In this document: piece by piece, positions 10,591-19,536 of the stretch | Layout: each line of letters starts with the position of its first letter | How positions within the stretch are numbered: position 1 is the stretch's first letter | Translations under genes and position numbers: made by a program | Source: Nitrospirota bacterium | Lineage (GTDB): Bacteria; Nitrospirota; UBA9217 | NCBI GenBank assembly: GCA_963741205.1 | Contig: CAVUHW010000048.1 | Location: forward strand, 1-40,338 | Length of the DNA: 40,338 nt | Direction: 5' to 3' | The notes under the pieces: generated by a model | Seen by the model: only the letters and a program-made list of their open reading frames with translations | The model's database searches: none | Told to the model about the DNA's origin: nothing

Positions 10591-10757
10591 CTCTGGTTTT
10601 GTATTGATAGCGGCGACTCTTGTAAATTGCTTATTCGGTATTTTCTACATTTTCGGCGATCTTTGCCGGATCTTCTCTCTTTGTCACACCTTCGCTCTGG
10701 CACCCCATAATTGAGGTCGCTCAACTTTCTTCGATCTTCACCTGATTTTCGATTCAT
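10587..10757 (-). CDS. Small Arg-rich protein (56 aa) with repeated [D/E]RR motifs; not in the ORF track
   Basis: MNRKSGEDRRKLSDLNYGVPERRCDKERRSGKDRRKCRKYRISNLQESPLSIQNQR*; its stop overlaps the PilZ ATG (ATGA). Confidence 0.55.
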   Translation of the reverse strand: MNRKSGEDRRKLSDLNYGVPERRCDKERRSGKDRRKCRKYRISNLQESPLSIQNQR

Positions 10758-11027
10758 CTGGATACTCTCTATTATTTTGTTTCTGGATGTAAAACAGTAT
10801 CAAATTTAATATGTTCCGTCAACAGTATTATGGGCTTGCGTAGACAGGCCGATTATGCGTCTAAGGGATGGGGTGGTAGCCGAAGGGTTGCCTTGATTTG
10901 TGGTTGTTGCGAGGATTGTGAACTCCAATGTTTCAGGATGTTCGACGCGTTAAATGTTACGACAGGGAGTTATTATTTTTGAGATCTGTCCTGACGTTCA
11001 GTTCAGGTCGTATTCTGCACATCCACT

Positions 11028-11059
11028 AAAAAGAGCTAATTCCTGATTGGAATTAGCTC
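11028..11059 (-). terminator. Intrinsic terminator, third copy of the element end
   Basis: gagctaattcc-tgatt-ggaattagctc hairpin followed by a T-run on the minus strand. Confidence 0.75.
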
Positions 11060-11118
11060 AAAAATTGTTCAAGTCTTCAGTGTAGTACCAATGCCCAAAT
11101 ACCAATAAAATATTTAAT

Positions 11119-11153
11119 AATCAATAACTTAAATGGTGGAGGCGGCGGGAATT
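11119..11153 (-). repeat. att-like copy of the tmRNA 3' end (11134-11153) with an adjacent IHF-consensus site (11119-11131)
   Basis: tggtggaggcggcgggaatt is identical to 20766-20785; aatcaataactta fits WATCAANNNNTTR. Confidence 0.85.
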
Positions 11154-11209
11154 TAATAGTTTGTCCAACCCACTGGTATTCCAAGATTATTTTTCAGCGC
11201 TAATACGAC

Positions 11210-11234
11210 ATACCCCAAATAGATACCCCGAAAA
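11210..11234. promoter_or_regulatory. ATACCCC direct-repeat pair, candidate integrase arm-type sites (also at 15458-15482)
   Basis: ataccccaaatagataccccgaaaa, about 55 bp inside the att core, identical in both units. Confidence 0.45.
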
Positions 11235-11351
11235 CATTGGATGTCATAAGACGGCGCCGGACTAATTCAGTCGTCATAGGACAACTGCGCGCTTGTTGAA
11301 CCTGCTGTCTTAAAATGCGTTGAGCGAAGCCGCTCTAGTCTCCTCAACTCA

Positions 11352-11380
11352 TTGTTCATTCCGGTGCTGTGTGCTAAAAT
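11352..11380 (+). promoter_or_regulatory. Sigma70-type promoter, probably giving a leaderless mRNA
   Basis: TTGTTC-17 bp-TAAAAT with TG extension, 7 nt before ATG 11388; conserved at 15603-15631. Confidence 0.55.
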
Positions 11381-11387
11381 CAGCGCC

Positions 11388-12017
11388 ATGAATTTCGAGT
11401 CTGCTGTTAATACCATGAACAATCTTCTGGCAAAGAATCAACCTCAGTCGTTTAACCGGGCATGGGTGCGCATAAACGCCCCATGTGTCTATCGCTTCGT
11501 CCAACGGGAAATCAGAGTCGAAAGCGGCGGCATCGACTGGGACCGGATGACTCGTGCCCTACATCCCAGATATCAAAGACAATGGACCGGGTTTTTTCGC
11601 AAGAAAGCCAAGCCGTATCGGGACCAGGCCGAGGTCGATACCGTTCTTCAACAATACGGTAATAAGCTCTATACATTCATCTCTTCACAAGGCAAAGAGG
11701 ATGAACACATACGGGACATCATCAGCATCGTACTCGTCAGAATTGCTCAAAAGGGGAACATCTCAGCCAAGCAGGAGATTATCAAACTGCTGAGCTCCAC
11801 AGTAGATAACTGGATCGAAAGGAATCCGAAATTGTCCGGCTGGCGAGGATATGACCAATTGATTCAGACCCGGCTTGACTGCTGCATACGTCGTTACCGG
11901 TATTCAGGGTCATTCATGCGCTATGTCTTCAAAACTTTCGAATATGCTGCCAGAGGGTTAAAACCGCTGATTGCCTACTCTCTGGATGACATAACACATT
12001 TTAGAAATAGGTGCTAA
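11388..12017 (+). CDS. Hypothetical protein (209 aa) with a sigma-70 domain-2-like C-terminal half
   Basis: Open frame, homologous copy in unit 2, and the pattern LVRIAQKGNISAKQEII...CIRRYRYSGSFMRYV...PLIAYSLDD. Confidence 0.6.
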   Translation: MNFESAVNTMNNLLAKNQPQSFNRAWVRINAPCVYRFVQREIRVESGGIDWDRMTRALHPRYQRQWTGFFRKKAKPYRDQAEVDTVLQQYGNKLYTFISSQGKEDEHIRDIISIVLVRIAQKGNISAKQEIIKLLSSTVDNWIERNPKLSGWRGYDQLIQTRLDCCIRRYRYSGSFMRYVFKTFEYAARGLKPLIAYSLDDITHFRNRC

Positions 12018-14413
12018 TCTTCGGTATAGCCGATATCCCGGAAACCGCGCAGTCGCTTTCTGTGCATCCGCAGGAGCTTCGGTACATTAACATCGACATA
12101 GTCGTAAACTCGAACTTCATGCTTACCCGGATGCTCCCGATGGAGCCTGCCCGCGTACTGTACGATGGTCCCCTTCCAGGAGAACGGCATGGCCAGAATC
12201 AACGTATCAAGTTGGGGATCGTCGAAGCCCTCGCCAAGGTAACGACCGGTTGCCGCAATGAGCCGCACTTCGCCATCTGGAATTGCCGCGAGCCTTGCCA
12301 TGGTTTCACGCCGCTCTTTGGCTGACAGTCTGCCACTTAATACGATAAGGTGCTTCACATCACCTCGCAATCCGTCTGCAAGGATGTCCAGATGTTCTTT
12401 CCGCTCCGTCAGGAGTACCGGCGATCTGCCTTCCTTTAGAGCCTGCTTAACATCGGCAAGAATAAGAGCGTTTCGCCGCTCATCCTTAACCAAGTCCGCG
12501 AAAATGTCCTGAATCGCGGCATCAGGATTTTCCATGGTAAATTCAGTTGTTCTGCAAATCAGTAGGTGTTTGAACTGCGTTATTGCCTCCTGGCTTTTCG
12601 GATGAACCGAAAAGCGGACCGGTCCGCACTGCATGTGAATGATCGGCTGGTGCCCGTCCCGGCGATACGGCGTAGCGGTCAGACCGACAACGTATCGCGC
12701 TTTCACCTCGTTCAGAACCCGCTCAAAGGATACCGCAGGGAGATGATGGCATTCATCCACGATCACCTGACCATAGTTGGCCACCAGATCGCTAACCTCG
12801 TCTTTTCGGACAAGGCTCTGGATCATTGCAACATCCAACCTCCCGTTCGGTTTGTTCTTTCCTGACCCGATCTTGCCGATTTCTTTCGGATCGATTCCGA
12901 GAAAGAGGGAAAGCCGGGCTATCCACTGATCAAGGAGCTCTTTCCTGTGGACAAGCACAAGCGTACTGCATCCTCGCGAGGCAGTGAGATACGCGCCGAT
13001 AACGGTTTTGCCGAATCCCGGTGGCGCTGACAGGACGCCGTTTTCGTACTTAAGAATTTCGTTGATGGCCTCTTGCTGTGGTTCTCTGAGTGTTCCTTGA
13101 AAAACAAATGAGAGATGAGCGGAAGCAAGGCGTTTATCCTCAAGCAAAAGCTTGACGCCGTGTTCCGAAAATAGCTCGCGGACATCGTCAATGCAGCCTC
13201 TTGGGATGGCAATATGCTCGGGGTGTTCTTCATAGCAGGAAATTACACGAGGTATCCGGGCTGTTGAGAGACGCAAGTTCTGCTTCTCGTAAAACATGGG
13301 ATTTTGAAACGAAGCCAAGCGTTTGATGCGGGTCAAAAAAGGCGATGGCAAATCCTTCTTCTCGATAAAGAGACGTTGAGCAATAACACCGTGCGTTTCA
13401 GATGGAAATTTACCGATGATTTTCTTTTTTGGTATTTTCTTCGACGCTGGCCGGTTCCATGGAGAATGATCGTCCCCGTCCTCGGCAGAATCTCTTGGTA
13501 CCCCGAGCACATCGCCTTGCCGTATCGCCTCAGTGGCGATCCGCTGGAGGGCGTCCGGCGCCAGTCGTCCGATTGATGCAAGATACTCCCATTGATCTTC
13601 ATAGGATGTGAAGCTTTCATCGAGAAATACCGTATTGCCTTTTTGTCGCGGTTCCTGTTGAAACGGCAGCGCGATCAGATTCCCGAATCCGCCCTTGGTC
13701 AGTGTGTCCTGGCTGGGAAACAACCGGTCGTAGGATTCCATGCTAAGTTGGTGACGCCGACTCATGGTTTCCGTGATCAGGTAACATCCCATCGTTCGCG
13801 CTGTAGCTGCCGGCACAGGTTCAGTAAAGAAAAACCATGCGTGCGCTCCGTTTCCCGAACGCGAACGCTCCACAGCCACGGGGATATTCATACTTTTGCA
13901 GGTTTCACGGAAAGCGCTGACATCGTCCATCCATGTTTCTTTATCGAAGTCAGCGGCAAGAAACCAGCAGGTATCGTCGGGCAGCATTGGGTAAACACCG
14001 ATCACATGACGCCCCTGGAGATGATCCATAATGACCTGGTCGGTTACTGGAAGGAATTTACGATTGGAGCACTCGCTGCATTTTACCGGCGGCTTGTGCG
14101 TCTTTCCGCATGTACCGGAAATCCAATCATTCGAACAGGCAGGAGAGTAGCCCTTCTTGCCGGCACGGCTTGTCCAAAGTTTCGGGAAGATATCCTCCCT
14201 GCCGCGAAATAACGAGCGGAACAACGACACTTTTTCCTGCGGTGTTCTGGTAGTGTAGGTTATCGGCGGCTCGGCGCACGCTGCTTCCAGCACGGCAAGT
14301 TGCTGTTTGAACGTATTGAGCCTTAAAAGCGCCTGTTCGCGTTCGCTGTCCAGCCTGGAAAGAAGGGCTTCTTCTTTTGCTATGGCCTGGAGAAGAGCTT
14401 TCTTGTCAGACAT
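12014..14413 (-). CDS. AEP primase (TOTE-type) fused to an SF2 DExH helicase, 799 aa
   Basis: N-terminus: four-Cys cluster, AADFD (DxD), SRSGNGAH, GNLIALP. C-terminus: APPGFGKT, DECH, TAT, QYAGRLHR. Confidence 0.85.
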   Translation of the reverse strand: MSDKKALLQAIAKEEALLSRLDSEREQALLRLNTFKQQLAVLEAACAEPPITYTTRTPQEKVSLFRSLFRGREDIFPKLWTSRAGKKGYSPACSNDWISGTCGKTHKPPVKCSECSNRKFLPVTDQVIMDHLQGRHVIGVYPMLPDDTCWFLAADFDKETWMDDVSAFRETCKSMNIPVAVERSRSGNGAHAWFFFTEPVPAATARTMGCYLITETMSRRHQLSMESYDRLFPSQDTLTKGGFGNLIALPFQQEPRQKGNTVFLDESFTSYEDQWEYLASIGRLAPDALQRIATEAIRQGDVLGVPRDSAEDGDDHSPWNRPASKKIPKKKIIGKFPSETHGVIAQRLFIEKKDLPSPFLTRIKRLASFQNPMFYEKQNLRLSTARIPRVISCYEEHPEHIAIPRGCIDDVRELFSEHGVKLLLEDKRLASAHLSFVFQGTLREPQQEAINEILKYENGVLSAPPGFGKTVIGAYLTASRGCSTLVLVHRKELLDQWIARLSLFLGIDPKEIGKIGSGKNKPNGRLDVAMIQSLVRKDEVSDLVANYGQVIVDECHHLPAVSFERVLNEVKARYVVGLTATPYRRDGHQPIIHMQCGPVRFSVHPKSQEAITQFKHLLICRTTEFTMENPDAAIQDIFADLVKDERRNALILADVKQALKEGRSPVLLTERKEHLDILADGLRGDVKHLIVLSGRLSAKERRETMARLAAIPDGEVRLIAATGRYLGEGFDDPQLDTLILAMPFSWKGTIVQYAGRLHREHPGKHEVRVYDYVDVNVPKLLRMHRKRLRGFRDIGYTED

Positions 14414-14494
14414 TGATTCTCCAAATCAAGGAATGGCGAGAGCATCACGAACAGGTTGAGGGGTGCGTCACGGAAGGTATCGAGACGAAGAAAC

Positions 14495-14890
14495 TCAGGA
14501 CAGCGGCCACGTTTCAACACGCAGCCCTTCAATGTGTTCAAAATGCTTTTTGTTGCCGGTAACCAGAACGGCCTTATGCGCGAGCGCCGTTGCCGCGATG
14601 AGGGCGTCAACCTCTCCTGTCGGTTTGCCGATGCCTCGCAGCCTGCTTTTGATGGTGCCAAATGAATCAGCGCATTCAAGATCAAATGGTACTATTTGAA
14701 CCACATCGAGCAACCTGGCCAGCTTATCAAGATTTCTCGAAGCATTCTGCGACGCCTTCGCGCCGAAATTCAACTCAGCAACAACTAGGGCGCTCAGCGA
14801 GACCTTGTCGATATTGTCCGCGATCCGCTCCGCTATGGCTTTATTGCCGTTCAGAAAAGCGATGACAACATTCGTGTCCAGAAGAATCAT
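14495..14890 (-). CDS. vapC: VapC PIN-domain toxin
   Basis: ILLDTNVVI, VAEL, DALIAATAL and LVTGNKKHF motifs. Confidence 0.92.
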   Translation of the reverse strand: MILLDTNVVIAFLNGNKAIAERIADNIDKVSLSALVVAELNFGAKASQNASRNLDKLARLLDVVQIVPFDLECADSFGTIKSRLRGIGKPTGEVDALIAATALAHKAVLVTGNKKHFEHIEGLRVETWPLS

Positions 14891-15129
14891 GCAAACCGGA
14901 CCTCTCTGCCGTGATACTGATGCCGCTCCTTTTCGAGTTCCTCAAAGATCGGCGCAATCGTGGTGTCATCCGCCCATGCACCGCAGAGCGAAGATATGAT
15001 CTTCCGCTTTTCGGCAGCCTTCAAGGCAGGTTCAATCTTGACGATCACCTTGGTACCTTCAGGAATTTTGACCTTTTTGGGAAGTCGAATCATACCCTTT
15101 ACTATTTTGCTCGTTACCGTGAATACCAT
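14887..15129 (-). CDS. Cognate antitoxin (VapB-like, 80 aa)
   Basis: Small gene with a GGAGG RBS and an ATGA overlap with vapC; G.IRLPKKVKIPEGTKVIV beta-rich N-terminus. Confidence 0.8.
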   Translation of the reverse strand: MVFTVTSKIVKGMIRLPKKVKIPEGTKVIVKIEPALKAAEKRKIISSLCGAWADDTTIAPIFEELEKERHQYHGREVRFA

Positions 15130-15217
15130 AGCACGCCTCCCAGCGACACATAAGAACCTCTATAAGACAGCACACGCATGACGGTTCTTACGAAGTTGCT
15201 CCTTCAAACATAGTCAT

Positions 15218-15246
15218 AAAATAGCATGGTCAGTATCATATGACAA
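15218..15246 (-). promoter_or_regulatory. vapBC-helicase operon promoter with an overlapping palindrome
   Basis: TTGTCA-17 bp-TATTTT with TG extension; conserved at 19483-19511, where tgtcatatgaca is a perfect palindrome. Confidence 0.55.
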
Positions 15247-15275
15247 GTGACATTTTTTTATACCAATGAGTTAAT

Positions 15276-15308
15276 AAAAAAGAGCTGATTTCTAATTAGA
15301 ATCAGCTC
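15276..15308 (-). terminator. Intrinsic terminator at the end of unit 1
   Basis: gagctgatt...aatcagctc plus T-run; has a compensatory base-pair change relative to the other two copies. Confidence 0.75.
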
Positions 15309-15365
15309 AATACTGCATAGGTCTTTCTGGAAAGTGCATGCTAAAATATCAATAAAACACTATAA

Positions 15366-15403
15366 AATCAATAACTTAAATGGTGGAGGCGGCGGGAATT
15401 GAA
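15366..15403 (-). repeat. att-like copy of the tmRNA 3' end (15381-15403) with an IHF-consensus site (15366-15378)
   Basis: 23 bp tggtggaggcggcgggaattgaa is identical to 20766-20788; identity ends at the T-loop. Confidence 0.9.
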
Positions 15404-15638
15404 TAGTTTGTCCAACGCTATTGATATTCCGAGATTATTTTTCAGTGCTAATATGACATACCCCAAATAGATACCCCGAAAACATTGGATGTCATAAGAA
15501 GGGCGCCGGACTAATTCAGTCGTCATAGGACAAAATGCGCGCTTGTTAGAACATGCTGTCTTAAAATGAGTTGAGAGAAGACGCTCTAGTCTCCTCAACT
15601 GATTGTTCATTCAGGTGATGTGTGCTAAAATCAGCGCC

Positions 15639-16273
15639 ATGAATTTCGAGTCAGCTGTTAATACCATGAACGAGCTTCTGGCAAAGAGACAACCTCAGAC
15701 GTTTGATCGTGCGTGGGTGCGCATAAACGCCCCATGTGTATATCGTTATATCTAACGGGAAATCAGCAGTCGAAAGCGGCGGCATAGACTGGGACCGGAT
15801 GACTCGTGCCCTACTTCCGAGATATCAAAAGAGAATGGACCGGATTTCTTCGTAAGAAAGTAAAGCCGTATCGGGACACAGGCCGAGGTCGATACCGTAC
15901 TTCAACAATACGGCAATAAGCTCTATACCTTCATTGCTCTTCGAGGACAGAGAGAGATGAACAGATACGGGACATCATCAGCATCGTACTCGTAAGAATT
16001 GCTCAAAAAGGAAACATCGCGGCCAAGCAGGAGATTATCAAACTGCTGAGTTTCACGGTAGATGACTGGATCGAAAGGAATCCGAATTTGTCCGGCTGGC
16101 GAGGATATGACCAATTGATCCAGACCCGGCTTGACTGCTGCATACGTCGTTACCGGTATTCAGGGTCATTCATGCGCTAGGTCTTCAAAACGCTTGAATA
16201 TGCTGCAAGAGGGTTAAAACCGCTGATTGCCTACTCTCTGGATGACATAACTCATTTTAGAAATAGGTGTTAA
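15639..16273 (+). pseudogene. Disrupted second copy of the sigma-2-like hypothetical gene
   Basis: Homologous to 11388..12017, with CAA>TAA (~15752), TAT>TAG (~16178) and several indels. Confidence 0.7.
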
Positions 16274-18676
16274 TCTTCGGTATAGCCGATATCCCGGAAA
16301 CCGCGCAGACGCTTTCTGTGCATCCGTAAAAGCTTCGGTACATTAACATCGACATAATCGTAGACTCGAACTTCATGTTCCCGGATGTTCCCGATGAAGC
16401 CTGCCCGCGTACTGTACGATGATCCCTTTCCAGGAGAAAGGCATGCAAGAATCAACGTATCAAGTTGTGGATCATCGAAGCCCTCTCCAAGGTAACGACC
16501 GGTTGCCGCAATGAGCCGCACTTCGCCGGCCGGAATTGCGCAGCCTTGCCATGGTTTCTCGTCGTTCTTTAGCAGAAATAGCCTACCGCTGAGAACTATG
16601 AGATGCTTCACGTCGTCATGTAAGCTAGCAGTGAGAATATCCAAATGCTTCTTTCCGCTCAGTAAGAAGCACCGGAGATCGGCCTTCCTAGAAGCGCCTG
16701 TTGAACGTACGGCGAGAATGAGAACGCGTTTCGCTGCTTATCGGTAACGAAGAGCAGCGTATATTTGCTGAATCGAAGCGTCGGGATCTTTCGATGAGTA
16801 AACTCGTTGTTCTGCAGATCAGCTGATGTTTGAATTGAGCTCTGGCTTCCTGGCTCTTCGGATGCACCTTATACCTGACAGGTCCGCACTGCATGTGGAT
16901 GATCGGCTGATGCCCATCACGCCGATAAGGCGTAGCGGTCAGGCAGACAACATAGCGTGCCTTGACCTCGCTCAGGACGCGCTTCGAAGGATACAGCGGG
17001 GAGATGATGGCACGATCACGATCACCTGACCATAACCGGCGACAACATCACTGACTTCATTCTTTCGAACCAGGCTCTGGATCATAGCAACATCCAATAT
17101 TCCATTCGGCTTGTTCTTCCCTGACTCCGATCCTGCCAATCTCCTTTGGCTCAATGCCAAGAAACAAGGAAAGCCTCGCGATCCACTTGATCCAGAAACT
17201 CTTTCCGGTGAACAAGCACAAGCGTACTGCAACCTCGCTTGGCTATGAGATGAGCGCCGATAACGGTCTTACCAAAACCAGGAGGAGCAGAGAGGACACC
17301 GAGATCATGAATGAAGTATTTCGTCGATGGCTTCTTGCTGCGATTCTCTCAACGTCTCCATGGAAAGAATACGATAGACTGGCGGGCGCAATGCGCTTGT
17401 CATCGAGTACGAGTTTCACGCCATGTTCCACGAACAGCTCGTGAAGGCTGTCGAGGCAGCCTCTCGGGATAGCGATGTGTTCAGGGTGTTCTTCGAAGCA
17501 GGATATCACGCGAGGGATTCGTGCCGTGGATAAGCGCAGACTCTGTTTCTCATAAAACATGGGATTCTGAAATGCAGCCAGCCGTTTGATGCGAGTAATA
17601 AAGTGACGACGGCAAGTCCTTTTTTCTCGATATACAGCCGTTGCGCAAATACACCGTTTGTTTCCGAGGGAAACTTACCAACGACTTTCTTATTTGGTTT
17701 TCTTCGGGATGGGGTCCTGCTCCAGGGAGACTTCTTCTTCGCCGTCTTCAGTATCTCTCGGCACGCCGAGTACATTGTCCTGCCGTTTTGCCTCATTGGT
17801 AAGCCGCTCGATCACCTCCAGCTGAAGCTTTTTGATCGACGCCAGATATTCCCATTGATCATCATAAGGTGAAAAGTTCTGTCCAAAAATACCGTATTGC
17901 TCTGTCTGTCGTGGTTCATGTTGGAACGGCAGCGCGATCAGGTTTCCGAAACCACCTTTGGTTAGGGTATCCTGGCTGGGGAACAAGCGATCATAGGATT
18001 CCATGCTAAGCTGATGCCGTCGGCTCATGGTTTCTGTGATAAGGTAGCATCCCATGATGCGCGCAGTCGCTGCGGGGATGGACTCGGCAAAAAAGAACGA
18101 AGCATGAGCCCCATTTCCCGAGCGTGATCGTTCTATTGCCACGGGGATGTTCATGCTCTTGCAGGTTTCGCGGAAAGGCGCTGATATCGTCCATCCACGT
18201 TTCTTTATCGAAATCAGCGGCAAGAAGCCAGCAGGTATCGTCGGGCAGCATGGGATAGACGCCGATCACATGACGACCCTGAGGTGATCCATAACGATCT
18301 GATCGGTGACAGGAAGGAACTTACGATTGTCGCACTCGCTGCATTTGACCGGAGGTTTACGCGTTTTTCCACAGGTGCCGGAGACCCAGTCATTTGTGCA
18401 GGCAGGAGAGTAACCCTTCTTACCGGCTCGGCTCGTCCATAGTTTCGGGAAGAGATCCGCCCTCCCGCGAAACAGCGAGCGGAACAATGCTACTTTTTCC
18501 TGCGGTGTTCTGGCAGCATACTTAATCGGCGTCTCGGCGCACTCCGTTTCCAACTCGGCAAGTTGTTGTTTGAACGTATTGAGCCTTAAAAGCGCCTGTT
18601 CACGTTCACTGTCCAGCCTGGATAGAATGGTTTCTTCTTTTGCTATAGCCTGGAGAAGAGCTTTCTTGTCAGACAT
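16270..18676 (-). pseudogene. Multiply frameshifted second copy of the AEP-SF2 helicase
   Basis: Fragments 18266..18676, 18006..18269, 17690..18223, 17243..17560 and 16270..16644, among others, match consecutive parts of 12014..14413. Confidence 0.8.
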
Positions 18677-18757
18677 TGATACACCAAATCAAGGAACGGC
18701 AAGAGCAGAAGGAACAAGTTGAGGGGTGCGTCACGGAGGGTGTCGAGACGAAGAAAA

Positions 18758-19153
18758 TCAGGACAGCGGCCACGTTTCAACACGCAGCCCTTCAATATGT
18801 TCGAAATGCTTTTTGTTGCCGGTAACCAGAACAGCCTTATGCGCGAGCGCCGTTGCCGCGATGAGGGCGTCAACCTCTCCTGTCGGTTTGCCGATGGTTC
18901 GCAGTCTGCTTTTGATGGTGCCGAACGAATCAGCGCACTCAAGATCGAACTGCACTGTTTGAACCACATCCAGCAACCTGGCCAGCTTATCAAGATTTCG
19001 CGAAGCATTCTGCGACGCCTTCGCACCGTAATTCAACTCAGCAACAACCAGGGCGCTCAGAGCGATTTTGTCGATATTATCCGCGATCCGCTCCGCAACT
19101 GTTTTATTGCCATTCAGAAAAGCAATGACGACATTCGTGTCCAGAAGAATCAT
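18758..19153 (-). CDS. vapC: VapC PIN-domain toxin, copy 2 (intact; start 19153)
   Basis: Differs from 14495..14890 at only a few residues. Confidence 0.92.
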   Translation of the reverse strand: MILLDTNVVIAFLNGNKTVAERIADNIDKIALSALVVAELNYGAKASQNASRNLDKLARLLDVVQTVQFDLECADSFGTIKSRLRTIGKPTGEVDALIAATALAHKAVLVTGNKKHFEHIEGLRVETWPLS

Positions 19154-19392
19154 GCAAAGCGGACCTCTCTGCCGTGATATTGGTGCCGCTCCTTCTCGAT
19201 CTCTTCGAAGATGGGCGCGATCGTGGCGCGCTCCGCCCACGCGCCGCAGAGAGCTGATATGATTTTCCGTTTTTCGGCGGACTTCAATGCAGGTTCGATT
19301 TTGACGATAACCTTTGTGCCTTCAGGAATCTTCACTTTTTTGGGAAGGCGAATCATTCCCTTAACTATTTTACTCGTTACCGTGAATACCAT
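19150..19392 (-). CDS. Antitoxin, copy 2 (intact)
   Basis: Near-identical to 14887..15129. Confidence 0.8.
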   Translation of the reverse strand: MVFTVTSKIVKGMIRLPKKVKIPEGTKVIVKIEPALKSAEKRKIISALCGAWAERATIAPIFEEIEKERHQYHGREVRFA

Positions 19393-19536
19393 AGCTCACC
19401 TCCCTCGCAACACCTAAGAACCACTCTAGGACAGCAAAAGCAGGACGATTCTTAAATATATTACTCCTTCAAACATAGTCATAAAATAGCATGGTCAATG
19501 TCATATGACAAGCGACATTTCAATACCAATGAGTTA

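Larger units (their letters stand above)
11134..15380. mobile_element. tmRNA-integrated mini-island, unit 1 (4247 bp, intact, no integrase)
   Basis: Bounded by copies of the ssrA 3' end and colinear with unit 2 along its length. Confidence 0.8.

Noticed and set aside
15368-15610. 80-aa ORF across the att junction as an integrase or excisionase remnant
   Set aside because: No recombinase or HTH motifs, and the track shows no equivalent ORF in unit 1.
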